A program made the position numbers and the translations under genes. The notes beneath the pieces are model-generated. The model worked only from the letters and a program-made list of their open reading frames with translations, was not told where the DNA came from and searched no databases. From Antedon mediterranea (Eukaryota > Animalia > Echinodermata), in NCBI RefSeq assembly GCF_964355755.1, contig NC_092677.1:10314101-10378100 (forward strand): a stretch of DNA of 64,000 nt, written 5' to 3'. Every line of letters starts with the position of its first letter. Within the stretch, counting starts at the first letter, position 1. Shown piece after piece: positions 63,001 to 64,000 of the stretch.

Positions 63001-64000
63001 TACGTCGGAGGGCATGTGTTTCTTCAGCTGTATGTGCCCTTTCGGAGCATAGACATAGCATTAACTACTGTATGCCTCAAGCTTCACTGATTGGCTGAGC
63101 AGAAACGATATAGACGAGACTTGTTCTACGAGCCAAAGACCAAGTGCTTTGACAACAGCTGAATTGAAAGCAATAATAAGTCATCGGTAGTTTTACATAG
63201 TTCTCAAGCACAATAGGTTGTCTTGTTGTATACTCTATGCTATTTAAGTATATTCAACAGTTAATACGCACCATTGACTCCATTTGTAATCACAACATAT
63301 ACACATAGTCTATTACTATAAAGCATATCAAATACATTTTGAATGAGGGGAGTACTAGCATGGGCAGTAAGACCCTGTCGCTTTTAAAATGGTAAACATT
63401 TTTTTTTAACCTGCCAATAAGAATTTTTATCATTGCATTGACATTTCCTATTTCAACAAAAAGTAAACTACGTATGATGATAATTTCGTATTCATTTTTA
63501 CCAGATATGTTATCAGTTGTAAATACTTGTGAATATCAAGAAAATGTAAACATGTAATTTGTAGACATAACAATTAACATACTAGTCATCACAGTACATT
63601 TATAAGATACCGGCACATAGGTCATGTTTAACAATGTGAACACTTACTCATGACAAACATTTATAAAAAACAGCATCATTATCCATTATATGATAATGCT
63701 GAAGATTTCACATCAAATGTTGTACATTGTTGATAATAAACATTGAATGTGAACCTAGCAGTTGAATAAATCTAGTGGCAGTTTTCATCGCTGTTGGTTG
63801 TGAACTAAATAAAATTAATAAAAGAAAGAAATAAATCCATGACATCATGCGCCCTCTGTAGATATACTATTGTAGGGATAACATATAAATAATATATATT
63901 GCCTCAGTGAAATTCAAACTCTTTTGACAAATTCCAAGTTAATTTTTGGGGGACCTATCAGGTACCACTACATACTTTCATATTCGTGGTAAGGGAGGAG

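Noticed and set aside
62918-63050. Candidate upstream exon of the membrane-protein gene (donor GTAAGT at about 62917)
   Set aside because: The open frame ends in phase 2 while the TM exon needs phase 1, and it has no recognisable domain. It could be UTR, but this is unsupported.

Overview
AT-rich, intron-rich animal genomic DNA, probably an invertebrate deuterostome (inferred from protein similarity and synteny). I assembled five spliced genes by hand. (1-2) Two tandem minus-strand genes for secreted, divergent SRCR-like proteins; one is complete (7 exons, GPI-type tail) and one runs off the left edge. (3) CHTF8 on the minus strand, with 3 coding exons and one GC-AG intron. (4) UTP4/cirhin on the plus strand, head-to-head with CHTF8, with 18 coding exons (about 747 aa). 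(5) The 3' end of a minus-strand single-pass membrane protein gene. The most notable non-coding signals: three intronic box H/ACA snoRNA copies in UTP4 whose 3' pocket matches 18S rRNA GUGAAAU-(Psi)C-UUGGA (SNORA14-like); ultra-short CATGG/CAGGG palindromes flanked by 7-bp duplications, which look like P-element excision footprints; a ~9 kb satellite built from two alternating palindromic monomers; and decayed Penelope-type hammerhead motifs. The rest is MITEs (one abundant TAA/TTA-TSD family), SINEs, LINE 3' fragments and minisatellites. Most short ORFs in the supplied track are spurious.
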